Positions 33,640-41,720 of a stretch of DNA of 64,000 nt are shown here, in pieces. The DNA is from Candidatus Pelagibacteraceae bacterium (GTDB lineage Bacteria > Pseudomonadota > Alphaproteobacteria > Pelagibacterales > Pelagibacteraceae), in assembly GCA_965655895.1 (NCBI GenBank), contig CBFHID010000002.1, positions 6,339-70,338 of the forward strand, written 5' to 3'. The translations under genes and the position numbers were made by a program. The first letter of the stretch is position 1; each line of letters begins with the position of its first letter. The notes beneath the pieces were generated by a model. It saw only the letters and a list, made by a program, of their open reading frames with translations, made no database searches and was not told the origin of the DNA.

Positions 33640-34032
33640 TTAGAATGATATAATTTTAGTCTCAATTTTAAATTTTGGATACAATTTTTTAAATTTTGAC
33701 TTTAAAGTTTTGAAAGATTTTAGATGAATATTTTTTTCAATAGTTTTATTGAACTTTCTTTTTCCATTTGCCATTTTAGCAGCACCGCAATCATAATGAT
33801 CGATTACGATAAGTTTTTTTATTCCATGAATTCTTGATGATATTGCAAAATTTTTCCAAAAAACATTATGCCAACTTTTAAATTTTTTATCTGAAACACC
33901 AATTGCTGCACCGGCAATTGAAAACAGGCTATATTTACCAGTAAGTTTTTTTTTCTTTAAAAGGCTGTTTATCTTTGGTTGACACCTTGGATCAATACAG
34001 CTCAATACCATTGCTTTATATTTTGATTGCAT
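33640..34032 (-). CDS. Minimal beta-carbonic-anhydrase-like protein
   Basis: 130 aa. It carries the beta-CA zinc-ligand contexts C-x-D-x-R (SCIDPRC) and H-x-x-C-G (DHYDCGA), plus an SIAGAA segment where beta-CAs have RN(V/A)(A/G)N. It is much shorter than canonical beta-CAs. Confidence 0.45.
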   Translation of the reverse strand: MQSKYKAMVLSCIDPRCQPKINSLLKKKKLTGKYSLFSIAGAAIGVSDKKFKSWHNVFWKNFAISSRIHGIKKLIVIDHYDCGAAKMANGKRKFNKTIEKNIHLKSFKTLKSKFKKLYPKFKIETKIISF

Positions 34033-34204
34033 TGATATTTTTTATTTTGATTCTCAAATAAAAATAAATTCTTTATTTATTTAAAAATTCTAGCTCTTCA
34101 TCATTATAAGGCCACATAAATTTGTCTTTAAATTAAGTTTACCCCTAAATAAAATGATTTGCTGAAGAATTTAATAACTTACACTCTCAATTTGGAGTAT
34201 TAAT

Positions 34205-34281
34205 TGGTAGCGGGAGGCAGATTTGAACTGCCGACCCCGGGCTTATGAGTCCCGTGCTCTAACCAACTGAGCTACCCCGCC
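34205..34281 (-). tRNA. tRNA with CAU anticodon (elongator Met or lysidine-modified Ile2), encoded CCA
   Basis: The minus-strand sequence GGCGGGGTAGCTCAGTTGGTTAGAGCACGGGACTCATAAGCCCGGGGTCGGCAGTTCAAATCTGCCTCCCGCTACCA folds as a 77-nt cloverleaf with anticodon loop CTCATAA and T-loop TTCAAAT. G1-U72 and G7-U66 are wobble pairs and A31/G39 is a mismatch. Confidence 0.9.
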
Positions 34282-34330
34282 ATTGCTGGATTATTTACAA
34301 TATTAATTATGACTTGTCACGCCTGTGTCA
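34229..34330. repeat. Direct repeat copy A (102 bp): tRNA positions 1-53 plus 49 bp of upstream promoter region
   Basis: Identical to 36311-36412 at 100 of 102 positions. The mismatches are at 34293/36375 and 34309/36391. The offset is 2082 bp. Confidence 0.95.
34292..34320 (-). promoter_or_regulatory. Candidate tRNA promoter (GTGACA-17-TAAATA)
   Basis: On the minus strand, GTGACA (34320-34315), a 17-nt spacer and TAAATA (34297-34292) lie about 10 nt before the tRNA 5' end. The same sequence is duplicated at 36374-36402. Confidence 0.35.
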
Positions 34331-34339
34331 CACAAAAAT

Positions 34340-34636
34340 TCATTTTTCTTTCTTATACTTATCTTCAATTTTTGTAGAAATTTCTCTTTTAACTCCCTTA
34401 AAAATTTTAGGTAATTTTTTACTTACTTCATTTAAAATATATGTTGCTTCAGTGTAAGTCATGTACTTAAGATCATTATTAACTATTGAGCTTACACATT
34501 TAGATTTACAATCACCGGATACTACTAATTGCAAAATATGAGCAACTGTAGCTTCATAATAGCTGAAAGATTTGTAGTTTTTATTTGAACAAGAAATTAA
34601 TAAAAGAAATAAAAAAATAGAAATTTTTTTCATCAA
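34340..34636 (-). CDS. Putative lipoprotein, unknown function
   Basis: 98 aa with a signal peptide and lipobox (LLLISC). Confidence 0.55.
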   Translation of the reverse strand: MMKKISIFLFLLLISCSNKNYKSFSYYEATVAHILQLVVSGDCKSKCVSSIVNNDLKYMTYTEATYILNEVSKKLPKIFKGVKREISTKIEDKYKKEK

Positions 34637-34642
34637 GAAAAG

Positions 34643-34885
34643 TTATTTTTTAACTTCTCTCCATCCTATTTTATTATAATGTTTACGCAGAATTGAGTAT
34701 GTAAAAAATGGGTATATTAAATGTGCTATACCAAAAGTTACTACCGCAAGGATTAAATGGACAACAGCATGCCTCCAAACACCTTTAACTGCCCAGTAAA
34801 TAGGACCAATTAACAAAACCCAGAGCCAAGATAGTTTACCGTAAATATCTTCAACGTAACCGTTTTCAGGATTTTTAAATTTCAT
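34643..34885 (-). CDS. Small two-TM membrane protein (DUF2628-like pattern)
   Basis: 80 aa. The WLWVLLIGPIYWAVKGVWRHA segment resembles DUF2628-type membrane proteins. Weak call. Confidence 0.5.
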   Translation of the reverse strand: MKFKNPENGYVEDIYGKLSWLWVLLIGPIYWAVKGVWRHAVVHLILAVVTFGIAHLIYPFFTYSILRKHYNKIGWREVKK

Positions 34886-34891
34886 TAGTTT

Positions 34892-36175
34892 TTAAAAATC
34901 TTTTTTTATTTTTGAACCACCAGATAATTTATTATGGATTCCGTCAAGAGCCATAAGTTGCAATTTGACATTTTGTGAAGCCTGATTTGTATAAGTCCCA
35001 GATGATTTATACATATTAATTACACTTTCCCATTGCTTCTTATATTCTGCTGTAGCCTTATTCCACGCCTTATCAGTGTCAACACCTTTACTTTTTATCA
35101 CACTTTCAATGGTCTTAATTTTTTTCTTTGAACTAGAAAATTGCGAACTGTTTACATAAACAACCTTGTAACCTTTTCTTGATTCATAAAAACCTTTAAT
35201 AATTAAATAATGCTGGTAAGCTTGTACTAAAGTTCCTTCAGGAGAGTCATTGTACTCTTGTTTTTCTCTTTGTTTTTTTTGATATGCCTCCTTTTTTTGC
35301 TGCTTGGCAGCTTTTTCGGCTATCTCTTTATTTTGTCTTTCAGTTTTAGTTAAAAAGCGACCGTATCCTGGTACACCAGCATCATCTGCACTAAAAGAAC
35401 CTTTAGAAACTGGTAAGGCAACCCAATAACTTGAATTTCTACATCTTACATCAATACTGTTATAATGCGGATTAGCAAATCTGACAGTTCCTATTTCTCC
35501 TTTTTCAGTAGCGCAATAGATTAGTAAATCTGATTTTTTTAACACCAAATCTTTAGATGTTGCTGTGTGAAATTGATTTGTTTTTATACCTTTAAAAACT
35601 AAAGTAACTTTACTACCAAATGGAAAATTTTTTTTGTATGTTTTTTGCTGCCATTCAATCATACTATTTACAATAAAATTTTCATATTTTTTTGGATCGG
35701 CTGGCTTTGCAGAAAGCACTTCAAGTCTACTTAAAGTAGATCTATTTAATGGTTTATAATTTGAGCAGTTTTTTAAATCTTCTTCAATATCTACAATAAT
35801 GAAATTTCTTTTAACTCTATCACCTTTTTTATTGTTTCTGAAATTTTGTAAATAAACTCTTTCAGCATTAATTTCACAGTAAATTAATTTTTTTTTATTT
35901 GTTGAGCTAATTTTTTGATTAAGTGGCTCTAAATCTTTAGTATTGTTTTGAACATTTTTATTTTTTTCTTTTATTAGTTCCTTTTTAGTATTTGATGTTT
36001 TGGAATTATTGCCCGACTGTTGATTGGCTTTGTTTAACTCCTTGTTTATACCTTTCTCTAAATCTTTTAAACCTTTTTTCAATTTATCGTGACTAAAGGA
36101 ATTGGCATTACCGTAGGACAAACACAGGACAAAAAGTGTTAAAATGAATTTTTTAAACATAAAATATTTCAACAT
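34892..36175 (-). CDS. Secreted protein of unknown function, Lys/Asn-rich, with paired Cys modules
   Basis: I trimmed the track ORF (GTG 36229) to ATG 36175, which gives the signal peptide MLKYFMFKKFILTLFVLCLSYG. No family recognised. The motif LIYC...C occurs twice. Confidence 0.55.
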   Translation of the reverse strand: MLKYFMFKKFILTLFVLCLSYGNANSFSHDKLKKGLKDLEKGINKELNKANQQSGNNSKTSNTKKELIKEKNKNVQNNTKDLEPLNQKISSTNKKKLIYCEINAERVYLQNFRNNKKGDRVKRNFIIVDIEEDLKNCSNYKPLNRSTLSRLEVLSAKPADPKKYENFIVNSMIEWQQKTYKKNFPFGSKVTLVFKGIKTNQFHTATSKDLVLKKSDLLIYCATEKGEIGTVRFANPHYNSIDVRCRNSSYWVALPVSKGSFSADDAGVPGYGRFLTKTERQNKEIAEKAAKQQKKEAYQKKQREKQEYNDSPEGTLVQAYQHYLIIKGFYESRKGYKVVYVNSSQFSSSKKKIKTIESVIKSKGVDTDKAWNKATAEYKKQWESVINMYKSSGTYTNQASQNVKLQLMALDGIHNKLSGGSKIKKDF

Positions 36176-36310
36176 AAATTTTATCTTAATTAAAGAAAAA
36201 AATAAATTTTCTTGCCACACACCTGTCACACAAAGGTTGTGATTTTTAGAAAATCTTATTAATATTAAATTAAATTAGGCTGATAAAGTAAGGATTTGTG
36301 GAGTTTAGTT

Positions 36311-36363
36311 TGCCGACCCCGGGCTTATGAGTCCCGTGCTCTAACCAACTGAGCTACCCCGCC
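36311..36363 (-). pseudogene. Truncated tRNA(CAU) copy (positions 1-53 only; T-loop and 3' acceptor strand missing)
   Basis: Identical to the 5' 53 nt of the tRNA at 34205-34281. The downstream sequence diverges and cannot complete a cloverleaf. Confidence 0.85.
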
Positions 36364-36412
36364 ATTGCTGGATTGTTTACAATATTAATTCTGACTTGTC
36401 ACGCCTGTGTCA
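36311..36412. repeat. Direct repeat copy B (102 bp)
   Basis: See copy A. Together the two copies bracket the 1980-bp three-gene cassette at 34331-36310. Confidence 0.95.
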
Positions 36413-36431
36413 TTAAAGTTTATGATTATTT

Positions 36432-37178
36432 TTAATCAGAACTTCTGCAGGCATAATTCGAAACAATTGCTCCAACAGACTTTGTGTTACTATAATATTT
36501 CCATTTTCCAGGTGTATTAATAATAGTATCGGGCTTTCCATTGCCTTTGGGTTGATTGTAATACGAATCTTTTAAATACCTGTACCTCAATGATGAACAC
36601 TTCACTTCCATATAAATTTTTGAAGATAAATTTCCTTGAGAATTTGGTCTTGCATAATCAGTCATTCTAAAAAAGAAAACTGTATCACCAATTCTTTTAA
36701 TTGAAGATGTATCAATATAATAAACTGATCCAGATGTATTAACTGTAATTTTTTTCCAATTTATGTCACGATTAGTATTTTTACATGCAAAATTATTTAC
36801 TCTTCTTCCAACAGATTTTTCATTTGCATACGTCCATTCACTTGATTTTGTAATAGTTGATGCCACTCTTCCATTTGCCATAGGTTCATTGTAATAAGAA
36901 TCTCTTAAATACCTAAATCGAGAAGTTGAACATTGAACCTCAACATAAATAGCTGATGATAAATTTCCCACTGAATTAGGTCGTGCATAGTCAGTAAGCA
37001 TGTAAAAAAATGCTGTATCACCAACTCTTTTTATAGATGATGTATCAATATAAAACACAGAACCAGATTTATTTTGAGCAATTTTTTTCCATTTAATTTC
37101 AGCAAAGCTGTCAGTTAAAAAAAAGATTAGGGCAAATAAAACTAAAAAATACTTAAAATAAAAATTAGTTTTGAGCAT
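36432..37178 (-). CDS. Secreted protein with two tandem ~110-aa domains (possibly surface-adhesin protein E-like)
   Basis: 248 aa with a signal peptide. The two halves (IKWKKIAQNKSGSVFYIDTSSIKRVGDTAFF... and INWKKITVNTSGSVYYIDTSSIKRIGDTVFF...) are about two-thirds identical over their first ~75 residues by eye. Each half carries a Cys pair. Confidence 0.7.
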   Translation of the reverse strand: MLKTNFYFKYFLVLFALIFFLTDSFAEIKWKKIAQNKSGSVFYIDTSSIKRVGDTAFFYMLTDYARPNSVGNLSSAIYVEVQCSTSRFRYLRDSYYNEPMANGRVASTITKSSEWTYANEKSVGRRVNNFACKNTNRDINWKKITVNTSGSVYYIDTSSIKRIGDTVFFFRMTDYARPNSQGNLSSKIYMEVKCSSLRYRYLKDSYYNQPKGNGKPDTIINTPGKWKYYSNTKSVGAIVSNYACRSSD

Positions 37179-37262
37179 AAATGTATTAAAATTTAATCAT
37201 ATATTAATATGTTCATTTTGTGAATAGGAAGTGTTGTAATAATGATTAGCTAAAATGCTAAT

Positions 37263-37505
37263 TTATTTACAATCAAGTTTCAAATTATCTTTTTGAGTGC
37301 AATCTTTATTTAAAACTTTTGATGAAATATGCTCTAACTTGTTTTTACCTGTTTCTTTTTTAATTAAATAATCAGTACCGGATGAAATAACTGCCTTGCC
37401 AAGAGATTGTGATGCACCTAATGAAAAAATACCGTTACCCATAAAAGCTGAAGGATTGACACATCCTAATAAGAAGAAAGGTAAGATATAAAATATTTTT
37501 TTCAT
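37263..37505 (-). CDS. Small lipoprotein, unknown function
   Basis: 80 aa with lipobox FFLLGC. Confidence 0.55.
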   Translation of the reverse strand: MKKIFYILPFFLLGCVNPSAFMGNGIFSLGASQSLGKAVISSGTDYLIKKETGKNKLEHISSKVLNKDCTQKDNLKLDCK

Positions 37506-37583
37506 TAATCACTTTATTTATAGTGATTTGATTAAATTTAGTACAAGTAAAAGAGTCCTAAAATGAGTTTATAAAAATGTTAT

Positions 37584-39746
37584 TTAGTTAGTAAGTTTTT
37601 TTTCTAATCTTTTTTTATGCAGAATTGGTTCAGTATAGCCTGAGGGTTGGAATTTTCCTTCAAATACAAGTTCGCAAGCAGCTTTAAAAGCAATCGAGTT
37701 GTCAAAGTTTCCATCCATAGGTTGGTAATTTTTATCTCCGATATTTTGACCGTCGACTACCTTGGCCATTTTTTTCATTGTTTGCATTACTTGATCTTTG
37801 GTGCATATCTCATGATGCAACCAATTTGCTATGTGTTGCGATGATATTCTAAGAGTTGCCCTATCTTCCATAAGACCTACATTGTTAATATCTGGAACCT
37901 TTGAACAGCCCACACCTTGATCAACCCATCTAACAACATAACCTAGTATTCCCTGGCAATTATTTTCAATTTCTTTTTCTATTTCCTCTGCTGACCAATT
38001 TGCTCTATCTGCAATTGGAATTGAAAGAATATTATCTAAATTAGCTCTACCTCTATTTTTTAATTCTTCTTGTTTTTCAAAAACATTAACTGCATGATAA
38101 TGCGTTGAATGTAATGTGGCAGCTGTTGGAGATGGTACCCATGCGCAATTTGCACCTGCCTTAGGGTGTGCAATTTTTTGCTCTAACATATTGCTCATTA
38201 GATCTGGCATCGCCCACATCCCTTTACCAATTTGAGCTTTACCTGAAAAACCACATTCTAATCCAATATCAACATTCCAATCCTCATAAGTATTTAACCA
38301 GCTTGATTTTTTCATTTCACCTTTAAAAATCATTGGACCAGCTTCAAAAGAAGTGTGCATTTCATCACCCGTTCTATCTAAGAAACCAGTGTTGATAAAA
38401 ACAATTCTGTTTTTTGCATTTCTAATTGCTTCTTTTAAATTAATTGTTGTTCTTCTTTCTTCATCCATTATTCCCATTTTAATTGTATTGGGTTCTAGCT
38501 TTAAAACCTCTTCAACTTTACTGAAAATTTGATCTGCAAAAGCTACTTCTTCAGGACCATGCATTTTAGGTTTCACAATATAAACCGAACCTGTTCTAGA
38601 GTTTTTCTTTATTTTAAAATCATGTTTTGCGCACAAAACTGTGACAAATGCATCCATAATTCCCTCTGGAATTTCTGAACCATCATCTAATTTAATTGCA
38701 GGATTAGTCATCAAATGCCCTACGTTTCTGACTAGTAAAAGTGATCTTCCATGAAGATGGGATTTATTATCTTCAGTATTAAAAAATTCTTTATCTGGGT
38801 TAAGCTTTCTAACGAATGACTTGTTACCTTTTTTCATTTGAGCTTCCAATGTCCCTTTCATGATACCAAGCCAATTTCTATAACATTTCACTTTATCTTC
38901 AGCATCAACTGCAGCCACTGAATCTTCCAGGTCCATAATTGTTGAAATTGCCGACTCTAAAATAATATCACTTATATTTGCCTTATCTTCTTTGCCTATT
39001 GGATGATTAGGATTAATTATGATTTCAATATGAAGATAATTATTTTTTAAAAATAGCGAATCTAGATTTTGTTTACTTCCAGTGTATCCAATAAATTTTT
39101 CTTTTTCTTTTAATCCAGTTTTAGTTCCATTATCTAAAATTATTTCTAATTCAGATCCACTTTTGGAGAAACTTTTTACATCAATCCAATTGCCATTTTC
39201 TAATTGAAAATTTTCATTTAAAAATTCTCTACCCTTAATTATAACTTTTTTTCCTCTACTAGGATTGTAGTCCTTAGATTTTTCACAACCATCATTTTCA
39301 CTTATTGCATCGGTACCATATAAGGCGTCATAAAAACTTCCCCATCTTGCATTAGCAGCATTGAGTGCATATCTTGCGTTATCAATGGGAACCACTAATT
39401 GTGGGCCAGCTATCTTAGCTATTTCATCATCAACATTGGAAGTCTCAATTTTAAAATCACCCTGCTCTTCAACTAAATAACCAATTTCTTTTAAATACTT
39501 TTTGTATTCATTAAATTCAAATTTGGTTCGATTAACTTTATGCCATTCATCTAATTTTTTTTGAATGACATCTCTTTTTTTTAATAACTCTTTGTTTATT
39601 ACCGCAAGATCATTAGCCGCTTTAACAAAACCGTCCCAAAAATCACTTACTGCAATATCAGTTTCAGAAATTACTTCTGAATTGATAAAATTATACAATA
39701 CTTCATCAATTTCAGTTTTGTTAATTTTGATTATATTTCTAGCCAT
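37584..39746 (-). CDS. glcB: Malate synthase G
   Basis: 720 aa, the typical GlcB length, with conserved blocks ([57 protein letters not shown]). Confidence 0.92.
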   Translation of the reverse strand: MARNIIKINKTEIDEVLYNFINSEVISETDIAVSDFWDGFVKAANDLAVINKELLKKRDVIQKKLDEWHKVNRTKFEFNEYKKYLKEIGYLVEEQGDFKIETSNVDDEIAKIAGPQLVVPIDNARYALNAANARWGSFYDALYGTDAISENDGCEKSKDYNPSRGKKVIIKGREFLNENFQLENGNWIDVKSFSKSGSELEIILDNGTKTGLKEKEKFIGYTGSKQNLDSLFLKNNYLHIEIIINPNHPIGKEDKANISDIILESAISTIMDLEDSVAAVDAEDKVKCYRNWLGIMKGTLEAQMKKGNKSFVRKLNPDKEFFNTEDNKSHLHGRSLLLVRNVGHLMTNPAIKLDDGSEIPEGIMDAFVTVLCAKHDFKIKKNSRTGSVYIVKPKMHGPEEVAFADQIFSKVEEVLKLEPNTIKMGIMDEERRTTINLKEAIRNAKNRIVFINTGFLDRTGDEMHTSFEAGPMIFKGEMKKSSWLNTYEDWNVDIGLECGFSGKAQIGKGMWAMPDLMSNMLEQKIAHPKAGANCAWVPSPTAATLHSTHYHAVNVFEKQEELKNRGRANLDNILSIPIADRANWSAEEIEKEIENNCQGILGYVVRWVDQGVGCSKVPDINNVGLMEDRATLRISSQHIANWLHHEICTKDQVMQTMKKMAKVVDGQNIGDKNYQPMDGNFDNSIAFKAACELVFEGKFQPSGYTEPILHKKRLEKKLTN

Positions 39747-39823
39747 TGAAATCTGGAAATTGAACTAGCCTAGTCTAAAAGTCAAACTTAAATAATTATA
39801 AATTGTTAATTAAAAATAAAAAA

Positions 39824-40297
39824 TTATTTTTTTGAAGCTAAATATTCGTCGTAGGATATAGCTTTGTCATTATTTTTATCAATTGATTTGAATTTTTTTC
39901 TTCCAGCCGCTTTGTCTTTAAAATAATAAAGATATTCCTTTATCGAAATTTTCTTATTACTGTTATAATCAATTTCTGCAAATCTTATTCTAACTTCCCT
40001 CTCATTAAACTGCGTTTGATTTATCGCTTTTTTTTTAGCTGGAATATTTAAAGGCTTTACTTCTTTGGTAACTTTAATATCTGAAACTTTTTTTTCAGTT
40101 ACCTCTTGTTGTGGAACATTGGGAGTATCTGGTTTTTCAGTTTTTTTATTTCCAGTTGGAATCGCTAATACGACTACAGCAATTAACAAAGCTGCGCCCG
40201 CCGCAATTAAAAAAGTATTATTTTTCTTGATACCAGTTGAAGAATTTTTTGTTTTTCTTTTTCTAGAAACTTTTTTTGTTTTTTTTGACTTTGCCAT
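39824..40297 (-). CDS. Membrane-anchored protein with two canonical EF-hand Ca-binding loops
   Basis: 157 aa with a basic N-terminus, one TM helix, a Pro/Lys/Glu-rich linker, and then the EF loops DYNSNKKISIKE and DKNNDKAISYDE. Confidence 0.7.
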   Translation of the reverse strand: MAKSKKTKKVSRKRKTKNSSTGIKKNNTFLIAAGAALLIAVVVLAIPTGNKKTEKPDTPNVPQQEVTEKKVSDIKVTKEVKPLNIPAKKKAINQTQFNEREVRIRFAEIDYNSNKKISIKEYLYYFKDKAAGRKKFKSIDKNNDKAISYDEYLASKK

Positions 40298-40336
40298 AAT
40301 GGCAAGGTTTAGTGTAATGATTTAATTTGGTCAATA

Positions 40337-40756
40337 CTAATTACCTAATATATGCGCCAAAATAGTTCTATTTTGAGTATTTAGTCTATGTTCAAACAAG
40401 TATATTCCTTGCCAAGTACCTAATATGATTTTTTTTTCCTTAATACTAAATGTTAAATGTGTATTTGTTAAAGCTGTTTTAATGTGAGCTGGCATATCAT
40501 CTTTACCTTCAGATTTGTGAATATATAAATCTAAATCCATAGGTGAGATTTTATCAAAAAAATTAAGTAAATCTTTCTGAACATCTGAGTCTGCATTTTC
40601 TTGAACTATTAGTGATGCACTAGTATGCAAAATACTTAAATTAATTATTCCTTGGTCTATTTTTGAATAATTAACAAAGTTACAAACTTCATTTGTAAAT
40701 TCAAATAATTTTTGTCCGTTAGTTTTAATATTAATATTTTTAAAAAATTGCTTCAT
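40337..40756 (-). CDS. YjbQ/UPF0047 family protein (secondary thiamine-phosphate synthase-type)
   Basis: 139 aa with the blocks ILHTSASLIVQENAD, DDMPAHIK and GTWQGIYLFEHR. Confidence 0.85.
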   Translation of the reverse strand: MKQFFKNINIKTNGQKLFEFTNEVCNFVNYSKIDQGIINLSILHTSASLIVQENADSDVQKDLLNFFDKISPMDLDLYIHKSEGKDDMPAHIKTALTNTHLTFSIKEKKIILGTWQGIYLFEHRLNTQNRTILAHILGN

Positions 40757-41355
40757 ATCAAAATAAATAATGCAGTCAAAGCTAAAAGAATAGCCATTAA
40801 AATTTCAATAAACTTTTTTATTTTTTGATTAGAAATAAAAATTCTTATAGAAGATCCAAATCCAGCCCAAGTAATTACAGAAAAAAAACAAACTAAGGGT
40901 GCTGATAAAGATACGAATAAAATAGCTTTAATAAAATTTTCCTCATTCGGAAAGAAAACAGTTACAACGGTTAGTGCAACAACCCATGCTTTTGGATTTA
41001 AAAATTGAAACAATAGAGCTTCATAAACTTTCATCGGACGACCTGATATATCGTTTTGTTCTTTAAAGGATAATGAACCAAACATTTTATAAGCAAGAAA
41101 AAATAAATATGCGCATCCCAAAAATTTTAAAGCCTGTTGAATTTCTGGATATTTTTGAAATAAAGCACCAAGACCAAGACATGCTGAAATAATTTGAATT
41201 GAATGACCAATGGGTATTCCAACCATATGAGGTATTGTTTTTTTAAAACCAAACTTAATTCCCGAAATTGTAAGCATCGCGTTGTTTGGTCCAGGTGTCA
41301 TAAACATGATAAAATAATACGTTATTAACCCGACAAACAGTTCGGTTGTAATCAT
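40753..41355 (-). CDS. LysE/RhtB family amino-acid exporter
   Basis: 200 aa with about 6 TM helices and the N-terminal motif MTPGPNNAM. Confidence 0.85.
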   Translation of the reverse strand: MITTELFVGLITYYFIMFMTPGPNNAMLTISGIKFGFKKTIPHMVGIPIGHSIQIISACLGLGALFQKYPEIQQALKFLGCAYLFFLAYKMFGSLSFKEQNDISGRPMKVYEALLFQFLNPKAWVVALTVVTVFFPNEENFIKAILFVSLSAPLVCFFSVITWAGFGSSIRIFISNQKIKKFIEILMAILLALTALFILI

Positions 41356-41375
41356 TATGTAAATTTATAAATGAT

Positions 41376-41576
41376 TTAAGAATAAAGAATAGCAACAAAT
41401 CCTATTACAAATGCTGCTGCAGCTGATACAAAAATAAAATTCTGAAATTTTTCTTGTTTATCTTCTTTGGCTCTGTCTTCTTTTAAATTAAAGTAATCAA
41501 TATTACTTTTTGATTGTTTCTCATCTTTTGTAAAATCTAGTTGTTTATTTTTTTGAAAAAGATAACCCATAATCAC
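41376..41576 (-). CDS. Small C-terminally anchored membrane protein, unknown
   Basis: 66 aa with a charged N-terminal part and one C-terminal TM helix. Confidence 0.4.
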   Translation of the reverse strand: MIMGYLFQKNKQLDFTKDEKQSKSNIDYFNLKEDRAKEDKQEKFQNFIFVSAAAAFVIGFVAILYS

Positions 41577-41720
41577 TATGGTAAATAAATCAAATATCTG
41601 ATAGATACAACTTCTAATTTAATAAAAAAACTAAAATGGGATATCCAAAAAAACACAGGGGCAGAAGAAAAATCGGATCTAAACGAAGAAGAAATAGAAG
41701 AAAAAATAAAAAGAAATAAA

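Noticed and set aside
34205-37505. An integrative element or prophage remnant at the tRNA.
   Set aside because: No integrase, excisionase, transposase or phage-like gene is present. The duplicated segment is the 5' half of the tRNA plus its promoter, not the 3' att-type end.
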